This document shows, piece after piece, positions 8,223 through 16,317 of a stretch of DNA of 64,000 nucleotides. The translations under genes and the position numbers were made by a program. The stretch lies in assembly GCA_965205235.1 (NCBI GenBank), contig CBDBGD010000001.1:27504-91503 (forward strand), in the 5' to 3' direction. Under the pieces are notes generated by a model that worked only from the letters and a program-made list of their open reading frames with translations, did not search any database and was not told where the DNA came from. The DNA is from Dehalococcoidia bacterium (GTDB lineage Bacteria > Chloroflexota > Dehalococcoidia > Lucifugimonadales > UBA1127). Position 1 is the stretch's first letter; every line of letters begins with the position of its first letter.

Positions 8223-9152
8223 CTATTCCTTGACCAGCGCCAGCGCGCGCACACCCGCCTTGTAGTGCTCCTCCGGCGTCACGATGGGGCCGGGGCGGTA
8301 GGTGTAGCCGGCCCCCGGAGTGAGCACCTCCTCGTAGAGGACCTCCCTGTGGCCGGGGTACGCGACGATCACGGCGTAGTAGGCCTCGTACGGCACGAAG
8401 AACCTGGCCCGGCCCTGGGCGTCGGTCCTCGTGCGGCCTACTCCTGCGACGATGACCTCGGCGCCGCTGACCGCCTTCCCCGCACGATCGAAGACCCGCA
8501 AGCGATTGGTGGGGCGCGGCAGCCGGCCCATCGTGAGGGCGCGCTGAATTCTCTGGCCCCGGCTGAGCAGCGTGCCGTCCTCGATCTTCATGACCACGTC
8601 CGCCTCGAAGCCGGGCCCTTTCGGCGTTCTCCACTCGGGCCCGTATTTCAGCCGCAGGTACTCCTCGGGCGGGTTCGGGATGCGGAACGTCTCGCCGATG
8701 AACTCGATCTCCGTCGGGTGCTCGAAGAGGCTCAGGGGCAACTCGACGCCCGGGAACTCGTACGCCTTGCCGTCGACGATGTGGTGGCAGGTCCAGTCCA
8801 CCCTGACGCCGTCCTTGATGAAGTTGACGGTGGAGTAGCGGTTGTTGTGCTTGATGGGGCAGTAGAAGCCGCGTGCTCTGAACGCCTCGGCGACTCTGTC
8901 GAGCGTCTCGAGGGTGAGGCCGTGCATTCCGATGACCCCGGCCGTGTCCATCTCGTCATCCCAGGGGATGAAGCGGCCCTCGCGGACGGCGCCCAGGCAC
9001 GTGCCGGACCCCAGCCAGAAGAAGACTCCCAGCTCGTCGAAGACGTTCTTGACCTCTTTCAGTCGCTCCGCGGCAAAGGCCGGGTCCAGGGGCGTTGGGT
9101 CCTTGATCGTCTTCTCGTACGTTGCCCAGCCTGCATCGTCGCGCTGCGCCAT
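8223..9152 (-). CDS. LicD-family nucleotidyl/phosphotransferase-like protein with a C-terminal beta-sandwich-like domain
   Basis: 'FFWLGSGTCLGAVREGRFIPWDDEMD' matches the LicD motif. The C-terminal ~90 aa ('RLRVFDRAGKAVSGAEVIVAGVGRTRTDAQGRARFFVPYEAYYAVIVAYPGH') looks like a carboxypeptidase-regulatory-like fold. Confidence 0.65.
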   Translation of the reverse strand: MAQRDDAGWATYEKTIKDPTPLDPAFAAERLKEVKNVFDELGVFFWLGSGTCLGAVREGRFIPWDDEMDTAGVIGMHGLTLETLDRVAEAFRARGFYCPIKHNNRYSTVNFIKDGVRVDWTCHHIVDGKAYEFPGVELPLSLFEHPTEIEFIGETFRIPNPPEEYLRLKYGPEWRTPKGPGFEADVVMKIEDGTLLSRGQRIQRALTMGRLPRPTNRLRVFDRAGKAVSGAEVIVAGVGRTRTDAQGRARFFVPYEAYYAVIVAYPGHREVLYEEVLTPGAGYTYRPGPIVTPEEHYKAGVRALALVKE

Positions 9153-9274
9153 GATGTCCTCCCAGAGGGCCGACCTGCTCAGATATTACCACTCCCTTGG
9201 GGGGCTCTCCACCAAGCGCCTGGACCGGCTGGACTGTACCCGCGTCACAGAGACGGCGGTCTGGTCGATCGTAG

Positions 9275-9658
9275 CTACGTCTGCATCATTTGGATCAGGT
9301 TGCCGCAGGTGTCGTCAAAGACCGCGATAGTGACGTTGGGCAATTCTGTAGGCCCCATGGTGAAAGCTACGCCCAGTGACTTCAGTTTCTCATACTCGGC
9401 GCGGATGTCCGTGACGCTAAAGGCCGTCGCTGGGATGCCCTGGTCAAATATCCCCTTCTGGTACTCCTGTGCTACCGGGTTGTCATTTGGTTCAAGCAGA
9501 AGCTCGGTTCCCTCCGGGTCTTCCGGCGAGACGACGGTAAGCCACTTGAATTCCCCCACAGGCACGTCATGCTTCTTCACAAAGCCCAGGGTCTCCGTGT
9601 AGAACCTCAGAGCTTTGTCCTGGTCACTTACGAAAACGCTGGTGTGTGAAATGCGCAC
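9275..9658 (-). CDS. VOC/glyoxalase-bleomycin resistance family protein
   Basis: 127 aa. 'MRISHTSVFVSDQDKALRFYTETLGFVKKHD' is a typical VOC N-terminus. G+C is visibly lower than in the flanking DNA. Confidence 0.85.
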   Translation of the reverse strand: MRISHTSVFVSDQDKALRFYTETLGFVKKHDVPVGEFKWLTVVSPEDPEGTELLLEPNDNPVAQEYQKGIFDQGIPATAFSVTDIRAEYEKLKSLGVAFTMGPTELPNVTIAVFDDTCGNLIQMMQT

Positions 9659-9685
9659 ATCCGGCCTCCTTTTCTCTTCATAGTG

Positions 9686-9958
9686 TCACTTGAGCCATCG
9701 GTCCATGACAGCCCTGAGGGGTCCATCGTTGAAGACAAGCATCCGATACTTGCCGCGCTTCTCTGAGCTTACGAGCCCGGCCTCTTGTAGGAGATCAATG
9801 TGCTTGGCCAGGGCCTGTCGCGAGATGGCGACTTCATGCCGCATGATCAGGCGCGCTGTGAGCTCGTAGAGCGTCTGTTCGTTGCGCTCAGAGAGCTCGT
9901 CCAGCATCAATCTCCGTGTTGGGTCCGCGAGCGCCCTGAAGACTAGGTCCACATGCAT
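9686..9958 (-). CDS. ArsR/SmtB-family HTH transcriptional regulator
   Basis: 'FRALADPTRRLMLDELSERNEQTLYELTARL' is a winged-HTH ArsR signature. Start is taken at MHVDLVF; the track ORF starts at 9991. Confidence 0.8.
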   Translation of the reverse strand: MHVDLVFRALADPTRRLMLDELSERNEQTLYELTARLIMRHEVAISRQALAKHIDLLQEAGLVSSEKRGKYRMLVFNDGPLRAVMDRWLK

Positions 9959-10285
9959 GCACGCCAATGATACGCAACCATTAGATTGCATGTCAAGGGG
10001 GATTCCCCGGCCGGGTTGCCCTATTCGGTTGCGGAGCTGGTGGACCCCCCTGACGACTGCGTGAGGGGCACCGTCCTAGGCGGCTAGTAGGAGCGAGTTC
10101 CCTCTGCGCCGCGCCCTCACCGTACGTTCGCCCTCAGCCTAGTAATCACGGTCTAGTCAGTCTCAGACTGGCTTGTTGGGCGTGCTCAACCCGACCACGT
10201 CGTAGCTCAGGCCCACCAGTCTCCTGGCGGTCTCCATGTTCTTGGCGTTCGGGCCCTGTCCGCTGGGCGGCGTCAACTATAGATC

Positions 10286-10360
10286 TGGTGGGCCCGCCAG
10301 GGTTCGAACCTGGGACCAACCGGTTATGAGCCGGCCGCTCTGCCACTGAGCTACGGGCCC
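10286..10360 (-). tRNA. tRNA-Met (anticodon CAU), CCA encoded
   Basis: The reverse complement GGGCCCGTAGCTCAGTGGCAGAGCGGCCGGCTCATAACCGGTTGGTCCCAGGTTCGAACCCTGGCGGGCCCACCA folds as a cloverleaf. Acceptor is GGGCCCG/CGGGCCC and the anticodon loop is CTCATAA. An Ile2 (lysidine) identity cannot be excluded. Confidence 0.9.
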
Positions 10361-10376
10361 GCGTACACCTGAGTCG

Positions 10377-11147
10377 CTAGGGCGCTCCGCTCTCCTCGCG
10401 CTCTCGGAGCGCCCGTATCCGCTCCTCCAGCACCAGGAGGCTGTCGTTGTCCTTGTCGGTCAGCTTATAGCACCGTTCCAGGTAGAGCTGCGCCAGCTCC
10501 CCGCCGAGCCGCGTGGGGTCCTTGGCGGCGGCCAGCAACGCTCCCACGTCGTAGTCCGCAGGCAGGTACTTGGCCAGTGTGCGCACCTCCGACTCCGCCT
10601 CGTCGATCTGCGCCCGGTCGTCGCCCTCCACCGCGAAACGCAGCTTGGCCACCAGCCGGGCCAGGTCCGCCAGCCGGTCCCGGTCGCCCATGAGCTCGTA
10701 CAGGACCTCCGTGACGCCCAGCTCGGAGGGGCCCTCCGGGGCCCACGGCGGCGTCTCGCTCGCCAGCGACTGCGCGTAGGCCAGGTACGCCTGCGCGTAC
10801 GCCTGCACGATGGCGTTCACGTTGCTCAGCAGGTCCGGCACGCGGCTGGCGTCCGCATCGCCGCCGAAGAGCAGGTCGTCGCCTCGGGCCGCCACCAGCG
10901 CCTGCATGCGCCCCACGTCCTCCAGCGGCTCCGGCACGGGCGGAAAGGCGAACGCCGACAGCTCTCCCGTGTTCATCCCTGACAGATGCGGGGCCAGGAA
11001 CGGCGGCATGTATTTCAGCAGGTCGAGGGGAATGGGGAGGACGACGACGTACGTGGCCAGCAGCGATGCGCTTCCCGCCTGCTGGAAGTAGAGCACAGCG
11101 TGCCCCCGCGGCGCCGTGGTGTCGCCCTGTTCGTACACAAGCTCCAT
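10377..11147 (-). CDS. Hypothetical protein (256 aa)
   Basis: Start is taken at ATG 11147 (MELVYEQ...); upstream of that the track ORF overlaps the divergent dppA-like gene. No family recognised. C-terminal half is helical and acidic. Confidence 0.45.
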   Translation of the reverse strand: MELVYEQGDTTAPRGHAVLYFQQAGSASLLATYVVVLPIPLDLLKYMPPFLAPHLSGMNTGELSAFAFPPVPEPLEDVGRMQALVAARGDDLLFGGDADASRVPDLLSNVNAIVQAYAQAYLAYAQSLASETPPWAPEGPSELGVTEVLYELMGDRDRLADLARLVAKLRFAVEGDDRAQIDEAESEVRTLAKYLPADYDVGALLAAAKDPTRLGGELAQLYLERCYKLTDKDNDSLLVLEERIRALREREESGAP

Positions 11148-11244
11148 GGTCGAATTATAGTGCACTCGACGGATGCGGGCACAGCCCCGCGCGGAAGCGC
11201 CGCACCCTGTAGAATGGGGCCGACGCACCGGCGAAGGAGGAGTC

Positions 11245-12075
11245 ATGGCACTGCGAGTGTTCATTTCCGTCGACATGGAGGGGGTCAGCGGCGTCGTCCA
11301 CAACCAGCAGACGAGCGCGGGAGGGCAGGACTACGACATCGCCCGACGCCTGATGACGCTTGAGGCCAACGCCGCGGTCGAGGGCGCGATGGAGGCCGGC
11401 GCCGACGACGTGGTGGTCAACGACAGCCACGGCTCGCAGCGCAACCTCCTCCCGGAGCTCCTGGACCAGCGCGCTCGGTTTATCACCGGCTCGCCCAAGC
11501 CGCTGACCATGATGGCCGGCCTGGACCCCACCTACGACGCCGCCATCTGCATCGGCTACCACTCCCGGGCAGGCACCACGGGCATCCTGGACCACACGAT
11601 CATGGGCAGCGTGGTCTACGACGTGCGCGTCAACGGCGAGCCCCAGGGCGAGCTTGGCCTCAACGCCGGCATCGCGGGCTACTTCGGCGTGCCCATCGTC
11701 CTCGTCTCCGGCGACACGAATGCCACGGCGCAGGCATCGGCGCGCATTCCGGGCGTCGAGGTCGCGGCGGTCAAGGAGACGCTGTCGAGGTACGCCGCCC
11801 GCAATCTCTCGCCGACCAACGCCCAGACGCTCATCCGCGACCGGGCGAAGCGGGCCGTGGAGCGCCGGGCGGAGATCGCGCCCGTCCGCTATCCGGCGCC
11901 GGTGCACGTCAGCCTGCAGTTCATGAACTCGGCCATGGCTGAGGTGTCGACGCTGATCCCCGGCGTCCGACAGACCTCCGCCGTGACTGTCGAGTACACA
12001 CTGGACGACTTCCTGGAGGTCTTCAACTGCCTGCGAGCGTTGATCTACCTGGGAGCATCGACGATCTCCCGCTGA
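11245..12075 (+). CDS. M55-family D-aminopeptidase (DppA-like)
   Basis: 'MALRVFISVDMEGVSGV...VVVNDSHGSQRNL...ICIGYHSRAGT...IVLVSGD' matches DppA/M55. GAAGGAGG RBS lies upstream of ATG 11245. Confidence 0.85.
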   Translation: MALRVFISVDMEGVSGVVHNQQTSAGGQDYDIARRLMTLEANAAVEGAMEAGADDVVVNDSHGSQRNLLPELLDQRARFITGSPKPLTMMAGLDPTYDAAICIGYHSRAGTTGILDHTIMGSVVYDVRVNGEPQGELGLNAGIAGYFGVPIVLVSGDTNATAQASARIPGVEVAAVKETLSRYAARNLSPTNAQTLIRDRAKRAVERRAEIAPVRYPAPVHVSLQFMNSAMAEVSTLIPGVRQTSAVTVEYTLDDFLEVFNCLRALIYLGASTISR

Positions 12076-12118
12076 GGCCGCGGCGGCAGTCTCGCGCCTA
12101 CGCCGCTATGCTGAAAGC

Positions 12119-12127
12119 TGGTATCAT
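12119..12127 (+). promoter_or_regulatory. Candidate extended -10 (TGgTATCAT) for tRNA-Gly
   Basis: TGGTATCAT ends 14 nt before the tRNA 5' end. The same 9-mer occurs at 34198-34206. Confidence 0.35.
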
Positions 12128-12141
12128 GAGCAGGTTGGCGA

Positions 12142-12216
12142 GCGGGAGTAGCTCAGTGGTAGAGCCCCTGCCTTCCAAGCAGGTTGTCGGCGGTTCAAGT
12201 CCGCTCTCCCGCTCCA
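12142..12216 (+). tRNA. tRNA-Gly (anticodon UCC), CCA encoded
   Basis: GCGGGAGTAGCTCAGTGGTAGAGCCCCTGCCTTCCAAGCAGGTTGTCGGCGGTTCAAGTCCGCTCTCCCGCTCCA. Acceptor is GCGGGAG/CTCCCGC and the anticodon loop is CTTCCAA. Confidence 0.9.
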
Positions 12217-12228
12217 CGCCGCACCACC

Positions 12229-13623
12229 ATGCGAGATAGCCCGCGACCGCTCCATCTCATCCTCGCAGCCCTCGCCCTGGCGATTCTGTCGCTCGTGGCG
12301 TGCCATCCGCCGGAGGAGGCCACCCCTGGGGCCGCGGGCTTGGGCGACCCGCTGTATCCGGGCCTGGGTAACGGCGGATACGACGTCTCGCATTACAGCA
12401 TCGAGCTGGACGTCGACGTCGACGCGAACTTCATCCGCGGCCAGGCCGCCATCGAGGCGACGGCGACACAGGCCCTCTCCGCCTTCAACCTCGACCTGCG
12501 CGGCCTGGAGGTCCTCGACGTGCGCGTGTCCGACCGGCCCGCGACCCACACGCGCAGCGGCAACGAGCTCACAGTGACGCCCGAGGAGGCCATTCGGCGA
12601 GGCTCAACCTTCACCGTCGACGTGGCGTTCCAAGGCCAACCTCAGACCGAGTTCCTTCCCGGCTTCGACATCCGGATGGGGTGGGTGAAGTACGACACGG
12701 GCATCTTGGTCGCAGGTGAGCCGTGGGGCTCGTCGACGTGGCATCCGCTCAACGAACACCCCTCGGATAAGGCCATCTACACCCTCGTCGTCACGGTCCC
12801 GGCCCCGTACGAGGTCGCTGCCATAGGCGAGCTCGTCGACATCGTTGATCATAACGACAGCAGCACCTACACGTGGGAAGTGCGTGACGAGGTGGCAAGC
12901 TACCTGGTCGGCATGGCGATCGCGCAGTTCCACAGCACGACCACCGAGGGTCCGGACGGCCTGCCGATAGTCGACTACATCGAGTCCACCCTGGAACCGT
13001 CGATGCTATTCGGCCTGAGCGAGACGCACGCGATGCTGGAGTTCTTCAGCGACACTCTCGGCGAGTATCCCTTCGAGGCGTACGGAGCGATCGTCATCGA
13101 CGCCGAATTCCCCGCTCTGGAGACGCAGACGCGGCCGGTGTACGGCGCAGGCATCCTCTCCGGCCCCTTTGGCGAGATCGTCGTTGCCCACGAGCTGGCC
13201 CACCACTGGTTCGGTAACCTGGTGTCGCCCGCCACGTGGGAAGACCTGTGGCTCAACGAGGGGTTCGCAACGTACTCGGAGTGGCTGTGGTACGCCCACA
13301 AGCACGACGGCCGGGCCTTCGACCGCTTCTGGGACGAGATGTGGACGGACGAGATGGGGCCACCCGGGAAGCCCTTGCCGGAAAACCCGTTCGCCTGGGT
13401 CTACGACAGAGGCGCCCTGGTCGTCCACGCCCTGCGGGAGGAGGTGGGCGACGAGGTCTTCTTCCGCATCCTCCGCGAGTTCCTGTCCCGCCACGCAGGC
13501 GGCCACGCATCGACCAACGACTTCATCGACGCGGCGGAAGAGGTGTCAGGCTTGCAGCTCGATGATCTCTTCGACGCCTGGCTCTACTCGGAGACTCCCC
13601 CTCCGCCGCCGCAACGGCGATAA
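12229..13623 (+). CDS. M1-family zinc metallopeptidase (aminopeptidase N-like) lipoprotein
   Basis: Gluzincin motif 'HELAHHWFGNLVSPATWEDLWLNEGFATYSEW' (HEXXH-x18-E). Lipoprotein signal 'LAILSLVAC'. ATG 12229 lies 13 nt after tRNA-Gly. Confidence 0.85.
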   Translation: MRDSPRPLHLILAALALAILSLVACHPPEEATPGAAGLGDPLYPGLGNGGYDVSHYSIELDVDVDANFIRGQAAIEATATQALSAFNLDLRGLEVLDVRVSDRPATHTRSGNELTVTPEEAIRRGSTFTVDVAFQGQPQTEFLPGFDIRMGWVKYDTGILVAGEPWGSSTWHPLNEHPSDKAIYTLVVTVPAPYEVAAIGELVDIVDHNDSSTYTWEVRDEVASYLVGMAIAQFHSTTTEGPDGLPIVDYIESTLEPSMLFGLSETHAMLEFFSDTLGEYPFEAYGAIVIDAEFPALETQTRPVYGAGILSGPFGEIVVAHELAHHWFGNLVSPATWEDLWLNEGFATYSEWLWYAHKHDGRAFDRFWDEMWTDEMGPPGKPLPENPFAWVYDRGALVVHALREEVGDEVFFRILREFLSRHAGGHASTNDFIDAAEEVSGLQLDDLFDAWLYSETPPPPPQRR

Positions 13624-13648
13624 TGTCCTCCGTGGAGGGCATTCCAAC

Positions 13649-14896
13649 GTGAAGAACGTGCTGGCCAGGTCCCGTGCCGCCTTGATCGTTGCCGCCATCG
13701 GTCTGCTCGCCGTCGCCGCAGCGTGCTCCGACGGCGAAACGGAGCAGCAGCCCGCGACGCCGCTGAAGCTCGGCCTGCTGCTCAACTTCACCGGCTCCCC
13801 CGAGGCCTCCGCCGACCGGCAGCGGGCCTTCGAGCTCGCCATACGGCACGTCAACGAGGCCGGAGGCGTGCTCGGCGTGCCCGTCGAGGGCGTCGTCGCC
13901 GATGCTACCGGCGATCCTGCCGTCGCCGCCGACGTGGCGCGGCGTCTCGTGGAGGTCGACGGCGTCCATGCGATAGTCGGCCCCAACGCCAGCTCTGCTG
14001 CATTGCCCATTGCGCAGAGCGTATCCGGGGCGCTTGGCGTCCCCACCATCAGCCCCTCCGCCACCTCGCCGCAGCTCACCGCCGTGCAGGACGACGGCTA
14101 TTTCTTTCGCACGGCCCTCTCCGATGCCGCCCAGGGACCGGTCCTCGCACGCGTGACCAGCGAACGCGGCTTCACGAACGTGGGGCTGGTCTTCCAGGAC
14201 GACGCCTGGGGCCGCGGCCTCGCCGACGCATTCCAGGCGGCCTGGAACGGCGCCCTTCAGTCTGTCGCGATAGATGGGGAGCAGACCAGCTACCTCTCGG
14301 CGCTGGAGCAGAGTGCGAGCGCCGGCGCGGAGGCCCTCGTCGTTATCGCCTTCGAGGCTCAGGCTCTGGGCATCGTGCGAGAGGCGCTGGACGGCGGCCT
14401 CTACGACCAGTTCGTCTTTGGCGACGCGGCCAAGCGGGTCAGTCTCGTGAAGGAGCTTGGCGGAGAGGGGCTGGGCGGCATGTACGGCACGGCGGGCGCG
14501 TCCGCCCCCGACAACGCCGCGACCGCCGACTGGGAAGCAGCCTTCATCGCCGTGTATGGCGAGCTTCCCGTCCTCGCCTACGTCAAGGAGACCTACGATG
14601 CCACCGTCGCCCTCGCGCTCGCAGCACAAGCTGCGGGCAGTGTCGACGGCGCCGCCATCCGCGACCACCTACGGTTCGTCGCGGGCCCGCCCGGCCGGAC
14701 CGTCCTTAGCACGCCCACGGGGGTTGCGCAGGGCCTGTCCCTCCTCGCCGAAGGGCAGGAGATCGACCTCGATGGCGCCGCGAACACGCTGGACTGGAAC
14801 GACAACGGCGACCTCCGCCGCGGTCACATCGGGACGTGGCGCTTCACCTCGGACGAACGCATCGAGGAGCTTGAGGCGGTGGTTTACGAGGAATAG
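13649..14896 (+). CDS. ABC transporter substrate-binding lipoprotein, LivK/PBP1 family
   Basis: GTG 13649 follows GGAGGG. Signal is 'AAIGLLAVAAAC'. 'LKLGLLLNFTGSPEASADRQRAFELAIRHVNEAGGVLGVPVEGVVADATGDP' is LivK-like. The 5' 480 nt of the track ORF overlap the M1 peptidase and are rejected. Confidence 0.85.
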   Translation: MKNVLARSRAALIVAAIGLLAVAAACSDGETEQQPATPLKLGLLLNFTGSPEASADRQRAFELAIRHVNEAGGVLGVPVEGVVADATGDPAVAADVARRLVEVDGVHAIVGPNASSAALPIAQSVSGALGVPTISPSATSPQLTAVQDDGYFFRTALSDAAQGPVLARVTSERGFTNVGLVFQDDAWGRGLADAFQAAWNGALQSVAIDGEQTSYLSALEQSASAGAEALVVIAFEAQALGIVREALDGGLYDQFVFGDAAKRVSLVKELGGEGLGGMYGTAGASAPDNAATADWEAAFIAVYGELPVLAYVKETYDATVALALAAQAAGSVDGAAIRDHLRFVAGPPGRTVLSTPTGVAQGLSLLAEGQEIDLDGAANTLDWNDNGDLRRGHIGTWRFTSDERIEELEAVVYEE

Positions 14897-14907
14897 GGAG
14901 GGCACCC

Positions 14908-15309
14908 TCACCCGAACCAGATGCCCAGGTACTTGGTGAACCAGAAGAGCCCGGCGTACGTCGCCGCTCCCGACGCCACCAGAACCAGCAGCATGCGGCG
15001 GTAGCGGTATGCGCCGCGTACGTTGCAGACGCCCCGACCTCGCAGGAACAGCACGACGGCCAACGCCGCCACGACCAGTCCGGCCGCTCGGAAGTACCAG
15101 CCGTAGTCGTAGTAGAGGGTGTCGCCGAGCGTTACAGCCTCGGCGGCGGTGGCGACGCCCAGCAGCACCAGTACCACCGGTGATACGCAGCAGGTGATGG
15201 CCACTAGGCCCGAGCCCAAGCCCATGAGGACCCCGCGCTTCAGAGACCTGTTCGCTTCCTGTGGCGCCATATCGTCGGACCTCGTCCGTCTCCAGCCTCT
15301 GAGGACCAC
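14908..15309 (-). CDS. Small integral membrane protein with a CC motif in TM1
   Basis: About 3-4 predicted TM helices. 'GLVAITCCVSPVVLVLLGV' is reminiscent of the MerT/MerF-type vicinal cysteine pair. Start is uncertain (internal Met candidates). Confidence 0.45.
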   Translation of the reverse strand: MVLRGWRRTRSDDMAPQEANRSLKRGVLMGLGSGLVAITCCVSPVVLVLLGVATAAEAVTLGDTLYYDYGWYFRAAGLVVAALAVVLFLRGRGVCNVRGAYRYRRMLLVLVASGAATYAGLFWFTKYLGIWFG

Positions 15310-15462
15310 CCTCGCCGGTCTCCATTGTAGCCCGCCAACACGAGGCGGCGGCTACCCCGCGTCGGGCGGTTCTGGTAGTATGGCCTCGCGGAGGGATGGG
15401 GCGACCGCATCCCTGCGCCGGACCTGATTCAACCAGCCTCCTGGAGTCGACAGAGGTGAGCC

Positions 15463-16287
15463 ATGACGAACCATAGCAATGCAGGCTTCCCCATGGGCCT
15501 CCGGTACGGCAGCCACCCCTACGATGGCGAGTATCCCGGCCGTCTGATCATCGTGGAGGGGATTGACGGCTCCGGCAAGAGCACGCAGATTGACCTTCTG
15601 GGCAAGTGGCTGATCAGCCAGGGCTACGTCACCGTCTTCACCGAGTGGAACTCCTCGCCCATCGTGAAGCGCACGACCAAGCGAGGCAAGCAGGAGCGGC
15701 TCCTCACTCCCATGTCCTTCAGCCTCATCCACGCCGCCGACTTCGCCAACCGCGTCTTCACGCAGATCCTGCCTGCACTCAAGGCCGGCACCATCGTCCT
15801 GGCGGACCGCTACGTGTACACCGCCTTTGCCCGAGACAGCGCCCGCGGCGTCAACAGGGATTGGCTGCGGCGCCTCTACGCCTTCGCCCTCCGGCCCTCG
15901 CTAGCGCTGTACTTCAAGGTGCCGTTGGAGCAGTCCATCAACCGCATCGTCACGGGACGCAGCGAGATTGGCTACTACGAGTCCGGACAGGATGTGAAGC
16001 CGACCTCCAGCCGGAAGAAGGCTTTCCGCCAGTTCCAGGGCGCTATCCTGGAGGAGTACGACAGCATGGTCGAGGAGTTCGGCCTAGTCACCGTCGACGC
16101 CACCCTGCCCATTCACGTCCAGCAGGAGATGGTGCGGGACCTGGTGCAGCCCCTCTTGGGAGGCGTGATGCGGACGCCCGGTCACAGCGTGACGGAGGCG
16201 TTGATGCAGTCCGGCCTTTCCGGGCGATACCTGGAGGAGGCCGAGTCTCGCCGCTCCGCGGAGCTTGTCCCCGCCGACATGACCTAG
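15463..16287 (+). CDS. Thymidylate kinase (dTMP kinase)-like protein 1, canonical P-loop
   Basis: 'LIIVEGIDGSGKSTQIDLL' P-loop and 'LADRYVYTAFA' DRY motif. 274 aa, with N- and C-terminal extensions relative to a typical Tmk. Confidence 0.75.
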   Translation: MTNHSNAGFPMGLRYGSHPYDGEYPGRLIIVEGIDGSGKSTQIDLLGKWLISQGYVTVFTEWNSSPIVKRTTKRGKQERLLTPMSFSLIHAADFANRVFTQILPALKAGTIVLADRYVYTAFARDSARGVNRDWLRRLYAFALRPSLALYFKVPLEQSINRIVTGRSEIGYYESGQDVKPTSSRKKAFRQFQGAILEEYDSMVEEFGLVTVDATLPIHVQQEMVRDLVQPLLGGVMRTPGHSVTEALMQSGLSGRYLEEAESRRSAELVPADMT

Positions 16288-16317
16288 CCGTCGGGCACCC
16301 CATCAGGAGACGGACAC

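Noticed and set aside
10146-10346. 66-aa ORF on the minus strand, and a short inverted 'CGTAGCTCAG' match at ~10200 that hinted at a tRNA fragment or att site.
   Set aside because: The ORF overlaps the tRNA-Met gene itself. The 10-nt match to the D-arm is too short and in the wrong orientation for an attachment-site duplication.
9275-12216. Integrated prophage or genomic island at tRNA-Met, tRNA-Gly or tRNA-His.
   Set aside because: No integrase, recombinase, transposase or phage structural gene is recognisable anywhere in the window. I could find no direct repeat of a tRNA 3' end by eye. Only compositional hints remain, and these are reported separately at low interest.
13169-13648. 480-nt N-terminal extension of the second binding-protein ORF (track ORF 13169-14896).
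   Set aside because: It overlaps the 3' part of the M1 peptidase gene in another frame and is Arg/Pro/Thr-rich. A GTG with GGAGGG RBS at 13649 yields a proper lipoprotein signal peptide.
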